Assembly (NCBI GenBank): GCA_013215815.1
Contig: JABSQP010000009.1
Span: 4,598 to 68,597 of the forward strand
DNA: 64,000 nucleotides
Direction: 5' to 3'
Origin: Alphaproteobacteria bacterium
Lineage (GTDB): Bacteria; Pseudomonadota; Alphaproteobacteria; Micavibrionales; Micavibrionaceae
Shown here: positions 9,669 to 19,321 of the stretch, one piece after another
Layout: the number at the start of each line of letters is the position of its first letter
How positions within the stretch are numbered: position 1 is the first letter of the stretch
Position numbers and translations under genes: made by a program
Notes under the pieces: model-generated
The model's input: only the letters and a program-made list of their open reading frames with translations
Databases searched by the model: none
Told to the model about the DNA's origin: nothing

Positions 9669-10385
9669 ATGAGCGACGACAAAAATAATGACGAAAACGA
9701 TAATGTGGTGGAATTCAAAAAACCGCTCAAAAAGCACAAACCTGAAGAAAAACATTCAGCAGCTAAAGATCAGAACAATCATCCTCCGCTCATTAATCTC
9801 CCCCCTCTGACACAATACCTACTGATTGCTATAGTAACCATTCATGTAATTCTCACTTTTTTGATATCTGATGAATTGGCAAACAAAATTTATCTGGATT
9901 GGGGCTTCATTCCTGCCCGCTTTAGCGGTGATCTACCATTTGAACCTCTTTTTATTCTAAGCCCTCTTACGCATATGTTACTCCATGCTAGCTGGATACA
10001 TATTGCCATGAACGGGGTAATGTTTATGGCATTTGGCGCTGGTGTTGAACGTTGGCTCGGAGCACAAAAAATGCTCTTTATTCTCATCATATCTGGTTTC
10101 GTTGGCATTGCCGTGCAATACATATTAGACCCTAGCTCCATTTACCCGGTAATAGGCGCATCAGGCGGGTTAAGCGGCCTTTTTGCAGCAGCTCTAATTA
10201 TGATCAATCGCTTGCAAGGGAATGCAAATCCGTATGGAATTTGGCCTTTTATTATTCTCTGGATCGTTATTTCTGTCCTATTCGGTATGGCTGGCAGCCC
10301 CGATGGAAACAGTATTGCCTGGGCAGCCCATGTTGGCGGTTTCTTAGGCGGGTTTGCTGCTTTAAAAATGATAAAAGTTATTTAA
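9669..10385 (+). CDS. Rhomboid family intramembrane serine protease
   Basis: 238 aa with HMLLHASWIHIAMNGVMF (H..H.N), catalytic GASGGLSGLF (GxSG) and AHVGGFLGG (His) motifs in TM helices. Confidence 0.85.
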   Translation: MSDDKNNDENDNVVEFKKPLKKHKPEEKHSAAKDQNNHPPLINLPPLTQYLLIAIVTIHVILTFLISDELANKIYLDWGFIPARFSGDLPFEPLFILSPLTHMLLHASWIHIAMNGVMFMAFGAGVERWLGAQKMLFILIISGFVGIAVQYILDPSSIYPVIGASGGLSGLFAAALIMINRLQGNANPYGIWPFIILWIVISVLFGMAGSPDGNSIAWAAHVGGFLGGFAALKMIKVI

Positions 10386-11749
10386 GCGCGAACTGGGTCA
10401 ATCATTAAGACACTATCATTCGCAGCGAGCGATGGTGAAACTTGCCCTACAGCATAGGGATAGTCCCATTCAATGCTATTGAAACTACCGTGGGGTTCAG
10501 CGACAGGCTCCCACTCCTCATAAACAATACCAGTATCACGACAAACCCAAACTTTGTTTGGCGGAGCAGAAGCAGCCTTATCCATGCATTCACCTAGTAT
10601 GCTCTCGTCCTCTTCCAAATTTTGTTCCACAAGCGCCATTTGCTTATAAAGTGCTGATGATGGCTCTAATTTTTCAGCTGTTATAAGATATGACTTCGCA
10701 GCGCTCCAAAGCTCTAAATCCATGGCCGCTTTCGCAGCCCCCATGTATCCAAGAGCACTATCCGCATTCAATGAAACAAGTTCTTCATACCATTTCATTC
10801 TCTTTTCTTCAGCCTTACGCTTTGATTTTGGTGCAAGATCATCCCATAAAGCCAATAAATCTGGATGTGGATTTGCTGACCATACTTTTTTAAACACGTT
10901 AAGCGCTCTTCTTTTCTTCTTAGCATTAATACAATGCTGAATTAGAGCGGTTGTCGTTGGCACAAACGTCGGGTCTATCTTATATGCCTTTTCCAATGCC
11001 TTAAGAGCAGATTTTTCATCGCCAGAACTTTGTGCAACTTGACGGTGTACATGATAAATAGCAACGCGATCACTAGCGGCTTGCTGCGCAGATATAGCAG
11101 AATATTTTTCACATTTTTTGAGAGTATCTAAAGCTTCATCCCATTTCTTATTTTTCACTTGTAGATTATAAAGAGTTTTCATCACCCAACCTTGCTTAGG
11201 ATGATGCTTCGCAGCCTCCTTTGCATATCTAAGTGCAGAGACCATATCCCCCTGATCAATTGACGCCGTTAAAAGACCGCGTACACCAAGAAAAGCGGCA
11301 TCTTTATCTTTCATAAGCTCTTGGAACCTAATTTTTGCAACGCCCTCTTCCCCGCGCATTCGCGCTGCTTGTGCATCCAACAATACAGGCAATCCATTTT
11401 GCTTTGGTAAAAGGTTACGTGTTTGCTTAGCGTATTGCGTCGCCCTTTTCGCATCACCAGCAGCTACAGCAACAAGGCCTCGAGTTAAAGACTGAAAACC
11501 TCGAGCACTTCTCTCTTTTTGTCTAACAGAACCAATAACACCGGGTATTGAGAACACCGCGCGCACAAAGCGATAAATGAAAATAGAAATGAGAATAAGT
11601 GCTAAAAGAGTAACAAGAAAAACGCCTGTTTGCATATGAAGCGTATAATTCAAAACATCGATAACAACGCGACCATCACGCTGGCTGAGCCAAATAGCGC
11701 CAGCTGTTAATCCTGCAATTTGTATAAAAAACCAGAGTGCTCTGAACAC
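10382..11749 (-). CDS. hemY: HemY-like protein (HemY N-terminal domain plus TPR)
   Basis: 455 aa with two N-terminal TM helices, then TPR-like repeats. It holds the last position in the hemC-hemD-mic60-hemY array. Confidence 0.75.
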   Translation of the reverse strand: MFRALWFFIQIAGLTAGAIWLSQRDGRVVIDVLNYTLHMQTGVFLVTLLALILISIFIYRFVRAVFSIPGVIGSVRQKERSARGFQSLTRGLVAVAAGDAKRATQYAKQTRNLLPKQNGLPVLLDAQAARMRGEEGVAKIRFQELMKDKDAAFLGVRGLLTASIDQGDMVSALRYAKEAAKHHPKQGWVMKTLYNLQVKNKKWDEALDTLKKCEKYSAISAQQAASDRVAIYHVHRQVAQSSGDEKSALKALEKAYKIDPTFVPTTTALIQHCINAKKKRRALNVFKKVWSANPHPDLLALWDDLAPKSKRKAEEKRMKWYEELVSLNADSALGYMGAAKAAMDLELWSAAKSYLITAEKLEPSSALYKQMALVEQNLEEDESILGECMDKAASAPPNKVWVCRDTGIVYEEWEPVAEPHGSFNSIEWDYPYAVGQVSPSLAANDSVLMIDPVRA

Positions 11750-11822
11750 GAGACGTTCCTTTTAAGATGCGTTACAAATCACATCATAGCACAAAAATAT
11801 AGGCGCAAAGGAAGAGAAACAA

Positions 11823-13691
11823 TTATTGTCCCGCAGAAAAACCTTTAAAACCCTGCTGTCTAGGCAAAATACTCAAGCCCGACTCTTCGTCCTTGATGAC
11901 TTCACGCGGCGTTGTTGCTTCTTCAAGTGTTTTCTTGATCGCGTTCATATCAAAACCTGTTTGTGCAGGTTGGCCATTCGCCTCAGGCGCAACATTGGTT
12001 TGCTGTTGCGGTATCATTTGTGTCGGCAGTTGATCAACTATGCCGCCAAATTGACCGCCCACCTTTGATAAAATTGTGTTACGCAACATTTGCTGAACCT
12101 GATCAGAAAGCAAAGACGCTTGTGCCTGATCAATAAATGGTTGTGCCGTTTGTGCAGCTTCTCCATCTAGCGTCTGCAACTGTGCAATAGCACCTTCAAC
12201 ATCACCATTATCAAGCATGGCTTGCGCTTTAGCGACCGTCGCCTGTGTATCAGTTCCTGTAACAAGTTCACCGTCTTTTTCAACTTGAATAACATCATTT
12301 AAACGTGCCACAGCTTTATCTTTAATTGAAATATCTTCGCCCTTCAAAGAAGAAACAACGATATCTCCTGCCAATCCTCGGAATTCAGATGACAGCCCTT
12401 TCTTCGTTAAGACGCCCCCTTGTGCATGTGGGGCAAGCTTTTCCAATGATGCTGTTAATTCAGTATTATCATCACCAACCATCTTGTTCAAAAGAACAAG
12501 ATCTTCTTCAAATGGTGCTTGACGATTCAAAGAGTCACGAAGCTGCGAAAAAGCAATCAACATGGCTGCCGCTTTAAGATCATTTCCAGAAACCCCCTCG
12601 AGTGTTTGCCCAAGAGCGGTCTCGTCTGTTTGCGCTTGCCCTAGCTCATCTTCAAGCGTTGTTACTTTCCCGTCCAAACCGCCAACAATGTCTTTAAGTT
12701 CAGTGATAGAGCTTTGCATCTGATTTTGGCCTGGAACACTTTCTTCAAGTTTCTGAATGCGGTTAATAAGGCCTGAAAAATTATTCTCAGATCCACCTGT
12801 CATTTCAGCAAGTTGTGCCTCCAAGACAGAAAGACGCTTTGATAAAGGACCTGCATTCTCACCCAGAACACCCTCTGATATAGCATCTGTCTTTTCTTTT
12901 AGCTGCTCGAACGCTATTTGCGTGTTACGTGCCTGATTTTGCAGAGCCTCAAGATCTGCTTCAGCCTTCGCTTTCAAATCTGCTACAGATTTTTCGATAT
13001 CATCTGGAACAACCGCGCTTAAGAAAGAAGTCTTTTCGTTCACCTGATCAACGTCACTCTGAAGAGCAGACAATGCTTTTTCCTGCTCTTCCAATTTCTG
13101 GCTCATCTCATCAGAGCTAGGCCAGAAAAAAAAAGTCATTAACGCTGCAGCAAGAAGAATAAGTCCTGTGACAATCCACGTTGTTGTCACAACTGTCTTC
13201 TTGTTATCCGCTTCAATTTGTTTGAGAAGATCTGAGTTACTACCAGCAGCGCTTGCTGCTGGAGCTTTTTGTTTGCTTACGCTACGCGCTTTTTCTTCTT
13301 TTCTCTCCCCCAAATCGGAAGAAATCCCAGAAGTTTTTTTTTTAGTGTTTTGAGATTGCTGTTCAACTTTCTCAAAAACACTTTTTTCTTCAGTCTCTGC
13401 AGACTGGGGTGCTTCAGGCTCTTTAGCCTGAGTATTTTCATTTGCGACACTATCCGTGACCGGCGCTTTCGCTGCCATCAAATCAGAAAGATCAATATTA
13501 AGATCGCTTGCCGCGGCTTCAATCTCTTCACGTCTTGTTCCTGGAATCACGTTACGTTTTTTCCACCCCTGAACAGTCGTTACCGGCACATTGATTTTAC
13601 TCGCCATCGGACGAATACCACCAAAACGTTCAATAACAGCTTCCGCGTTTTGAATTGCAGCTTTCTTTGTACTCATAGATTTTCCCTTCAC
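11823..13691 (-). CDS. Alphaproteobacterial Mic60/mitofilin-like protein
   Basis: 622 aa with a single TM (TWIVTGLILLAAALMTFFFW), a long coiled-coil region and a C-terminal mitofilin-like block (AAAMLIAFSQLRDSLNRQAPFEEDL...GVLTKKGLSSEF...VEGAIAQLQTL). It lies between hemD and hemY. Alternative start at 13676. Confidence 0.7.
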   Translation of the reverse strand: MKGKSMSTKKAAIQNAEAVIERFGGIRPMASKINVPVTTVQGWKKRNVIPGTRREEIEAAASDLNIDLSDLMAAKAPVTDSVANENTQAKEPEAPQSAETEEKSVFEKVEQQSQNTKKKTSGISSDLGERKEEKARSVSKQKAPAASAAGSNSDLLKQIEADNKKTVVTTTWIVTGLILLAAALMTFFFWPSSDEMSQKLEEQEKALSALQSDVDQVNEKTSFLSAVVPDDIEKSVADLKAKAEADLEALQNQARNTQIAFEQLKEKTDAISEGVLGENAGPLSKRLSVLEAQLAEMTGGSENNFSGLINRIQKLEESVPGQNQMQSSITELKDIVGGLDGKVTTLEDELGQAQTDETALGQTLEGVSGNDLKAAAMLIAFSQLRDSLNRQAPFEEDLVLLNKMVGDDNTELTASLEKLAPHAQGGVLTKKGLSSEFRGLAGDIVVSSLKGEDISIKDKAVARLNDVIQVEKDGELVTGTDTQATVAKAQAMLDNGDVEGAIAQLQTLDGEAAQTAQPFIDQAQASLLSDQVQQMLRNTILSKVGGQFGGIVDQLPTQMIPQQQTNVAPEANGQPAQTGFDMNAIKKTLEEATTPREVIKDEESGLSILPRQQGFKGFSAGQ

Positions 13692-13702
13692 TCTTAAATT
13701 CG

Positions 13703-14416
13703 CTACCCTTGTACTTCTTTTAGAAGCGCTAACATATGTTTCTGATCTGGATAATCAGAGACATGAATTTGTTTCCAAGGTAATACGGAAAGAGACTCTA
13801 ACATGGAATCTGCCAAACACAAGACCTGAATCGACTCCGCAGCCCGCGTACAGTCATTTTTATGCATTAAATGTACAAAATTGTCTGCTGTACGCCTAGA
13901 ATAGAACAAAACATACTCTATTCCACTATTTATTATTATTTTCAATATGTTGTCCGAAAAATTAGGCGCAGGTACAGCGCGATAACTCACTATATTTTGG
14001 ATAGAGATGCCAGGTATTTTCATCAAACGTTCTGAAATCGAAACAGTCACATTTTCGCCCTGAAAATAGGCGTACGAACCCGCTTTCTCTGTTAGACTAG
14101 AGATTAACTCTTCAACATCCTTACCGGTGCATTGTACGTTCTGAAAACCAGTTTGTAGGGCTTCTTCTGCTGTACTTTGACCAACAGTATAGATCGGCTT
14201 TTCATGTGCTGAAAAATCATTTGGCAAACTCTTGATCGCGTTTTTACTGGTGAAAATAAAACCATCAAATTTTGAAAAATCTATACGATCAAAAGCGATA
14301 GGTTCAATCGTTAACATGGGCTCAATCAAAACATGACAACCCATCTCCTCCAACACCTTTGCTAAAGGCATTGCATTATCAATTGGTCGAGTAATTAAAA
14401 CTGTTTCAGGCATCAC
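13703..14416 (-). CDS. hemD: Uroporphyrinogen-III synthase
   Basis: 237 aa lying immediately downstream of hemC. The HEM4-like two-lobe pattern is present (VLITRP...FTSKNAI...FYSRRTA). Confidence 0.75.
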   Translation of the reverse strand: MMPETVLITRPIDNAMPLAKVLEEMGCHVLIEPMLTIEPIAFDRIDFSKFDGFIFTSKNAIKSLPNDFSAHEKPIYTVGQSTAEEALQTGFQNVQCTGKDVEELISSLTEKAGSYAYFQGENVTVSISERLMKIPGISIQNIVSYRAVPAPNFSDNILKIIINSGIEYVLFYSRRTADNFVHLMHKNDCTRAAESIQVLCLADSMLESLSVLPWKQIHVSDYPDQKHMLALLKEVQG

Positions 14417-14422
14417 GCCCTC

Positions 14423-15379
14423 TTAATCTAAAAAACCTTCAGGAACAATTTCCTTTAAACGTTGCCCAACTATTTGCCCGACAGCGATAGCCTCATCTTT
14501 ATTTGATACGATCACGCGATATTCATCTCTGAAAACTGTTTGTCCATCATTCGATGCAACTAACGCTCGAAGAAACATTTCATTGTTTTCAAGAATAGCA
14601 TACGCACCAATCGGCGTATGGCATGAACCATCAAGAATTTTTAGCACTTCACGTTCAGCTACCGCACATAAACTAGTTTGTGTACATGAAATGGCGCCCA
14701 ACAAGTTTTGTGTTTCTTCATCACCCTCACGCGTTTCAATACAAACAATCCCTTGACCACAAGCGGGCAACATCTCTTCAGGTTCAATCACATGCGCTTC
14801 GGGCACGTTAAGCCCAAGACGATCCAAACCTGCCTTCGCTAGAAACGTTGCATCAACTTGTTCATTTCGAATTTTCTCAATACGCGTTTCAACATTTCCG
14901 CGAAAAGGAACAATATCAACATCCTTATTCTGAGAGAGCATAAGAGAAGCGCGCCGCAAGCTGCAGGTCCCCACCACACAGCCCGCGGGCAAATCTTTCA
15001 TAGACTTATATTTTACAGAAATCAAGACATCTCTGACATCAGCTCTTGGTAAGTAGTGCTGTATCTCAAGACCGGTGGGCAAAAACGACGCCATGTCTTT
15101 TAAAGAATGAACACCGCAATCGACGTCTCCTGAGAGGACTTTATCTTCAATTTCACTTGCAAACTGACCTTTACCGCCATTTTCTTCACAAAGGTGTTTT
15201 TCACCCTGCTCAGGCCTCCAATCAGCATTACTTTGAACAACAACAATCTCGATAGTTAAGCCTTCATGCGCTTTTTCTAACGCATCCTTGACTATATTCG
15301 CCTGCTTAAGCGCAAGTGGCGAACCTCTTGTTCCTATTTTGAAAAGTCGCTGTGTCATATCGGAAACAGTTGTACGCAC
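14423..15379 (-). CDS. hemC: Hydroxymethylbilane synthase (porphobilinogen deaminase)
   Basis: Motifs IGTRGSPLALKQA, HSLKD, RGNVETR and dipyrromethane-Cys context LDGSCHTPIG. The ORF-track start is a GTG; an ATG at 15358 is the likely start. Confidence 0.9.
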   Translation of the reverse strand: MRTTVSDMTQRLFKIGTRGSPLALKQANIVKDALEKAHEGLTIEIVVVQSNADWRPEQGEKHLCEENGGKGQFASEIEDKVLSGDVDCGVHSLKDMASFLPTGLEIQHYLPRADVRDVLISVKYKSMKDLPAGCVVGTCSLRRASLMLSQNKDVDIVPFRGNVETRIEKIRNEQVDATFLAKAGLDRLGLNVPEAHVIEPEEMLPACGQGIVCIETREGDEETQNLLGAISCTQTSLCAVAEREVLKILDGSCHTPIGAYAILENNEMFLRALVASNDGQTVFRDEYRVIVSNKDEAIAVGQIVGQRLKEIVPEGFLD

Positions 15380-15414
15380 TTTACACAGATAAGAAAAGAT
15401 GAAATAGAGAATGC

Positions 15415-16527
15415 ATGAAAATTTTAGGGATTGAAACTTCCTGTGATGAGACAGCGGCGGCAGTCGTTTCCGATGATCATACGATCCATTCTAATATGGT
15501 GCTGAGCCAATTGGAGGATCATAAAATCTTTGGGGGCGTTGTGCCCGAAGTGGCAGCGCGCGCGCATCTAGATCATCTCGACAACATAATCAAAGGCGCA
15601 ATGGATGAGGCTAGTATAGACTTTTCTGAATTAGATGGCGTTGCGGCGACATGCGGCCCGGGCCTAGTCGGCGGCGTTATGGTCGGCATGATGGCAGGTA
15701 AAGCAATCGCCGCCGCACACAATCTTTCGTTCATAGGTGTGAATCATTTAGAAGCGCATGCACTCACACCGAGGCTGACAGACAAAGTTCAATTCCCCTA
15801 TCTCATTCTTCTTGTTTCTGGCGGCCATACACAAATCCTCGTCGCGGAAGATGTTGGCGTTTACAAGCGCTGGGGCACAACAATTGATGATGCGTTAGGC
15901 GAATGTTTTGATAAGTCAGCAAAAATGATGGGACTTGGTTATCCAGGCGGGCCCAACCTCGAAAAGATGGCAAAAGAATGTAAAGATCCTGAGAAAGCAA
16001 TTGAACGCTTCCCACTTCCCCTTCCTTTAAAAGGACGCGCAGGATGTGATTTTTCATTCTCTGGCTTAAAGACTGCTGTTCGCAATCATATTGAGAAATT
16101 ACCTGAAGGCGACTTGCAAAAAGAAGACATTGCCGACCTCGCGCATGCTTTTCAAACAACCGTAGCCGCAATCATTGAAGATCGAGTAAAACGCGCCATT
16201 GAACGCTTTTTAGACGAATATAAGAATGCTTTTCCACAAGGCTTAAAAGATGGTCAAAGCGCGCAAAAGCCTGCCTTTGTAGTTTCTGGTGGTGTTGCAG
16301 CAAATATGACAATAAGAGACTGTCTGAAAAGCTTGACGGCGCGACATAATATGGATTTTATGGCGCCACCACTTAATCTTTGCTCAGATAATGGCGCAAT
16401 GATCGCTTGGGCAGGTGTTGAGAGGTTAAAGAGAAATATGACAGATAGTTTGGATATAGCGGCGCGCCCACGTTGGCCTTTGGACCCAACGGCAGAGCCA
16501 AAAGTCGGTGGCGGCGCCAAAGCTTAA
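15415..16527 (+). CDS. tsaD: tRNA N6-adenosine threonylcarbamoyltransferase
   Basis: Motifs ILGIETSCDETAAAV, NHLEAH, SGGHT and VSGGVAAN are diagnostic Kae1/TsaD motifs. Confidence 0.95.
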   Translation: MKILGIETSCDETAAAVVSDDHTIHSNMVLSQLEDHKIFGGVVPEVAARAHLDHLDNIIKGAMDEASIDFSELDGVAATCGPGLVGGVMVGMMAGKAIAAAHNLSFIGVNHLEAHALTPRLTDKVQFPYLILLVSGGHTQILVAEDVGVYKRWGTTIDDALGECFDKSAKMMGLGYPGGPNLEKMAKECKDPEKAIERFPLPLPLKGRAGCDFSFSGLKTAVRNHIEKLPEGDLQKEDIADLAHAFQTTVAAIIEDRVKRAIERFLDEYKNAFPQGLKDGQSAQKPAFVVSGGVAANMTIRDCLKSLTARHNMDFMAPPLNLCSDNGAMIAWAGVERLKRNMTDSLDIAARPRWPLDPTAEPKVGGGAKA

Positions 16528-16576
16528 AATCAAGCAATACAAAAGATCATAATAAAAATATAAGGTAAGGTGTTTT

Positions 16577-17569
16577 ATGCATAAAATTGGTGTTATCGGA
16601 GCAGGCGCATGGGGTACAGCGCTTTCACAAGCACTAGCGAATACAGGTCGTGATGTCGTTATTTGGGCACGCGAAGAAGAGGTTGTTGAGTCAATCAACA
16701 ATGAAAATGAAAATAAGCTTTACCTCAAAGAGGTCAGCTTAAATGAAGCACTAAAAGCAACGAACGACCTTGCCGAAGTATGCGAGCGTGATGTCCTTAT
16801 TTTGATGACACCGGCGCAACATATTCGTTCCACCCTTGAAACAATCAAGGAACACTTACGAGACGATCAGCCAATCATTATAGGCGCCAAAGGCATTGAG
16901 AAAGAAACTGGTTACCTTCTCTCTGAAGTTGCTGAAGAAATTATCCCAGGCAAAAAAGTGGGCGTATTAACAGGCCCAACATTTGCGAGCGAAATTGGTC
17001 GCGGCCTTCCTTGCGCAGTAACAATAGCCATCAAAGATAAAGATGCCGGTGAAATGGTGATCGAGGCTTTGGGTTCAAGAACACTACGTACCTACCTCAC
17101 AGATGATCTTGTTGGCGCGCAAATTGGCGGCGCTGTGAAGAACGTTATCGCAATTGCTTCTGGCGTTATTGAAGGCCGTAAAATGGGTGAAAGTGCGCGT
17201 TGCGCTCTGATTACACGTGGCCTCACAGAGATATCTCGTCTTGCTAAAGCAATGGGCGCACAAAAAGAAACTCTTATGGGGATGTGTGGTGTCGGAGATC
17301 TCATGCTAACAGCATCCAGTATGCAATCGCGTAACTTTTCTCTTGGTGTTGCACTCGGTGAAGGCAAAACACTTGAAGAGATTTTGGGTGATCGTATCGC
17401 GGTAACAGAAGGCGTGCACACAGCAAAAGCTCTTCGTGTGATGGCGAAAAACAATGCTGTTGATATGCCAATTTCTAAAGCCGTTTATGAGTTCCTTCAC
17501 GAAGGTATTTCAATCGAAGAAGTTATGAAGAAAGTACTTGATCGTCCATTAAGGCGAGAAAGCCTATAG
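16577..17569 (+). CDS. gpsA: NAD(P)H-dependent glycerol-3-phosphate dehydrogenase
   Basis: Motifs IGVIGAGAWGTAL (Rossmann), GPTFASEI and GGAVKNVIAIA. Confidence 0.95.
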   Translation: MHKIGVIGAGAWGTALSQALANTGRDVVIWAREEEVVESINNENENKLYLKEVSLNEALKATNDLAEVCERDVLILMTPAQHIRSTLETIKEHLRDDQPIIIGAKGIEKETGYLLSEVAEEIIPGKKVGVLTGPTFASEIGRGLPCAVTIAIKDKDAGEMVIEALGSRTLRTYLTDDLVGAQIGGAVKNVIAIASGVIEGRKMGESARCALITRGLTEISRLAKAMGAQKETLMGMCGVGDLMLTASSMQSRNFSLGVALGEGKTLEEILGDRIAVTEGVHTAKALRVMAKNNAVDMPISKAVYEFLHEGISIEEVMKKVLDRPLRRESL

Positions 17570-17643
17570 TAATTATAGCTAATTGCGCTTTTCTCTGATC
17601 TCAAGTATATTTTTTGTGCGCACAAAAAACAGGGAGAATTACC

Positions 17644-18045
17644 ATGAATAAAAAACGCTTTATAATATCAACGCTTGTTGGATTTGCACTGCTATTCGTT
17701 TTAGATTTTGTTATCCATGGCGTTTTACTGATGCCAACATACGAGCAAACTGCTGATGTATGGAGATCGAAAGAAGGTTACGAATCTCTCATGCTATTTT
17801 CTACGGTTATACACCTAGCAATAGCTGCCACCCTTTGCTTTATATACACACGACATCACGAAGGAAAAGGAATAAAAGAAGGCATTCGCTTCGGCCTAAT
17901 GACTGGTTGCCTGATTGGCTTAATACATTTTAGCTCATACGCTTGATTACCTATTTCTATGGCGCTAGCTGCAGCATGGTTTGCTGCAAGTGTTGTAAAA
18001 GCTACAGCTCTAGGCGTTGCCTTCTCACTTTTATATAAAAAATAA
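17644..18045 (+). pseudogene. DUF1761-like small membrane protein gene interrupted by an in-frame TGA (17944-17946)
   Basis: ATG at 17644 follows SD AGGGAGA. The frame stays open after the TGA for 32 more hydrophobic codons (LPISMALAAAWFAASVVKATALGVAFSLLYKK) and ends at TAA 18043-18045, one nt before the next gene's ATG. Confidence 0.5.
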
Positions 18046-18046
18046 A

Positions 18047-18454
18047 ATGAATTACTGGCTTATAAAATCTGAACCATTCAAATGGTCATGGAATGATCAC
18101 GTCAAAAAGGGCGTTGAACATTGGGATGGTGTACGTAATTACCAAGCCAGTAACAACATGAAGGCTATGGAATTGGGCGATCTTGCTTTCTTCTATCACT
18201 CCAACGAAGGTAAAGAGATCGTCGGTATCTGTGAAGTTGTCAGTGGCTACTACCCTGACCACACAGATGAAAAAGGCCGTTTTGGAATGGTTGATTTCAA
18301 AGCGATCAAACCTGTTCCAAAACCTGTCACATTAAAACAAATCAAAGAAACACCCGAACTCTCCGACATGGCGCTTGTTAAACAGATGCGCCTCTCTGTC
18401 GGCCCCGTTACCAAAAAGGAATGGGATATTATTTGCAAAATGGGCGGGCTGTAG
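18047..18454 (+). CDS. EVE (PUA-like) domain protein
   Basis: The canonical EVE N-terminus MNYWLIKSEP...WDGVRNYQA...GDLAFFYHS is present. The ORF-track start at 18017 is rejected in favour of the ATG at 18047. Confidence 0.85.
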   Translation: MNYWLIKSEPFKWSWNDHVKKGVEHWDGVRNYQASNNMKAMELGDLAFFYHSNEGKEIVGICEVVSGYYPDHTDEKGRFGMVDFKAIKPVPKPVTLKQIKETPELSDMALVKQMRLSVGPVTKKEWDIICKMGGL

Positions 18455-19321
18455 ATGACCCTTCAAAATACGCTTCTCGCCCTCCTCGTGATTTTCATTT
18501 GGGGGAGCAACTTCGTTGCCATTAAAATCGGTGTAAATTCGATCGATCCCCTCGTGTTGCTGTCAATGCGCTTTACAATGGCCGGCCTTCTCTTCATTCC
18601 CTTTATGAAATGGCCCGGTTGGAAAAAGGCACGCATGATCATGCTCGTTGGGTTGCTAATGGGACCATTACACCAAGGGCTTTTATACGTCGCACTCACT
18701 TATTTACCTGCAGGATTAATGTCCATCATACTACAATCCAACGTCATCATGGTGACGCTCATCAGCTGGTTATTGCTGAAGGAACATGTCGGTTGGCGTA
18801 CATGGAGTGGTATTTGCGTTGGCCTCTTAGGGATAGTTGTTCTCTTCGGTGGCGATGAGCTAAGCACCTCTATGACAGGCTACGTACTGGCATTCTTATC
18901 AGCGTTCTTCATTGCGGTTACTTACATTACGCAAAAAAAGCTCGGTAAAACCCATGCATCAACATACATCGCACTGATGTGCCTACCCGTTGCACCTTTC
19001 ATCATGCTTTCTAGCTTCTTTGTTGAAGGAACTGATTGGCTTAACAATATAGACAACATTAATTGGACTACAGTAGGTGGTGTGGTGTTTTATCAGGCGA
19101 TTGTTCTCTCGCTAAGCCATATGCTATGGCAACACTTAATTGCGCATAATCCGGTTAGCCAGCTCATTCCTTGGACTCTATTAATTCCTATATTTGCAGT
19201 AGCTGCAGCGATTGTTTTACTTGATGAAGAACTAACCAGATCCATTATATTTGGTGGTCTTTTGACGATTGCAGGCGTTGGTATTATTACCTTTCGCCAG
19301 ATCCAGAAGAAAACAATCTAG
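18455..19321 (+). CDS. DMT superfamily (EamA-type) transporter
   Basis: 288 aa with ten hydrophobic helices in two EamA-like halves. The start codon directly abuts the EVE gene stop. Confidence 0.8.
   Translation: MTLQNTLLALLVIFIWGSNFVAIKIGVNSIDPLVLLSMRFTMAGLLFIPFMKWPGWKKARMIMLVGLLMGPLHQGLLYVALTYLPAGLMSIILQSNVIMVTLISWLLLKEHVGWRTWSGICVGLLGIVVLFGGDELSTSMTGYVLAFLSAFFIAVTYITQKKLGKTHASTYIALMCLPVAPFIMLSSFFVEGTDWLNNIDNINWTTVGGVVFYQAIVLSLSHMLWQHLIAHNPVSQLIPWTLLIPIFAVAAAIVLLDEELTRSIIFGGLLTIAGVGIITFRQIQKKTI

Noticed and set aside
13269-13697. 142-aa plus-strand ORF, and similarly 19933-20466 (177 aa)
   Set aside because: They are antisense to well-supported genes (the Mic60-like and GapR-like genes). 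Their products are F/S/R-rich low-complexity sequences.
17944-17990. Selenocysteine recoding of the in-frame TGA, given a downstream hairpin with a GGU-containing loop
   Set aside because: The position is inside a hydrophobic segment of a small membrane protein with no redox context. The hairpin is short and generic, and no sel genes are visible. A nonsense mutation or sequencing error is more parsimonious. It remains a testable alternative in the corresponding finding.
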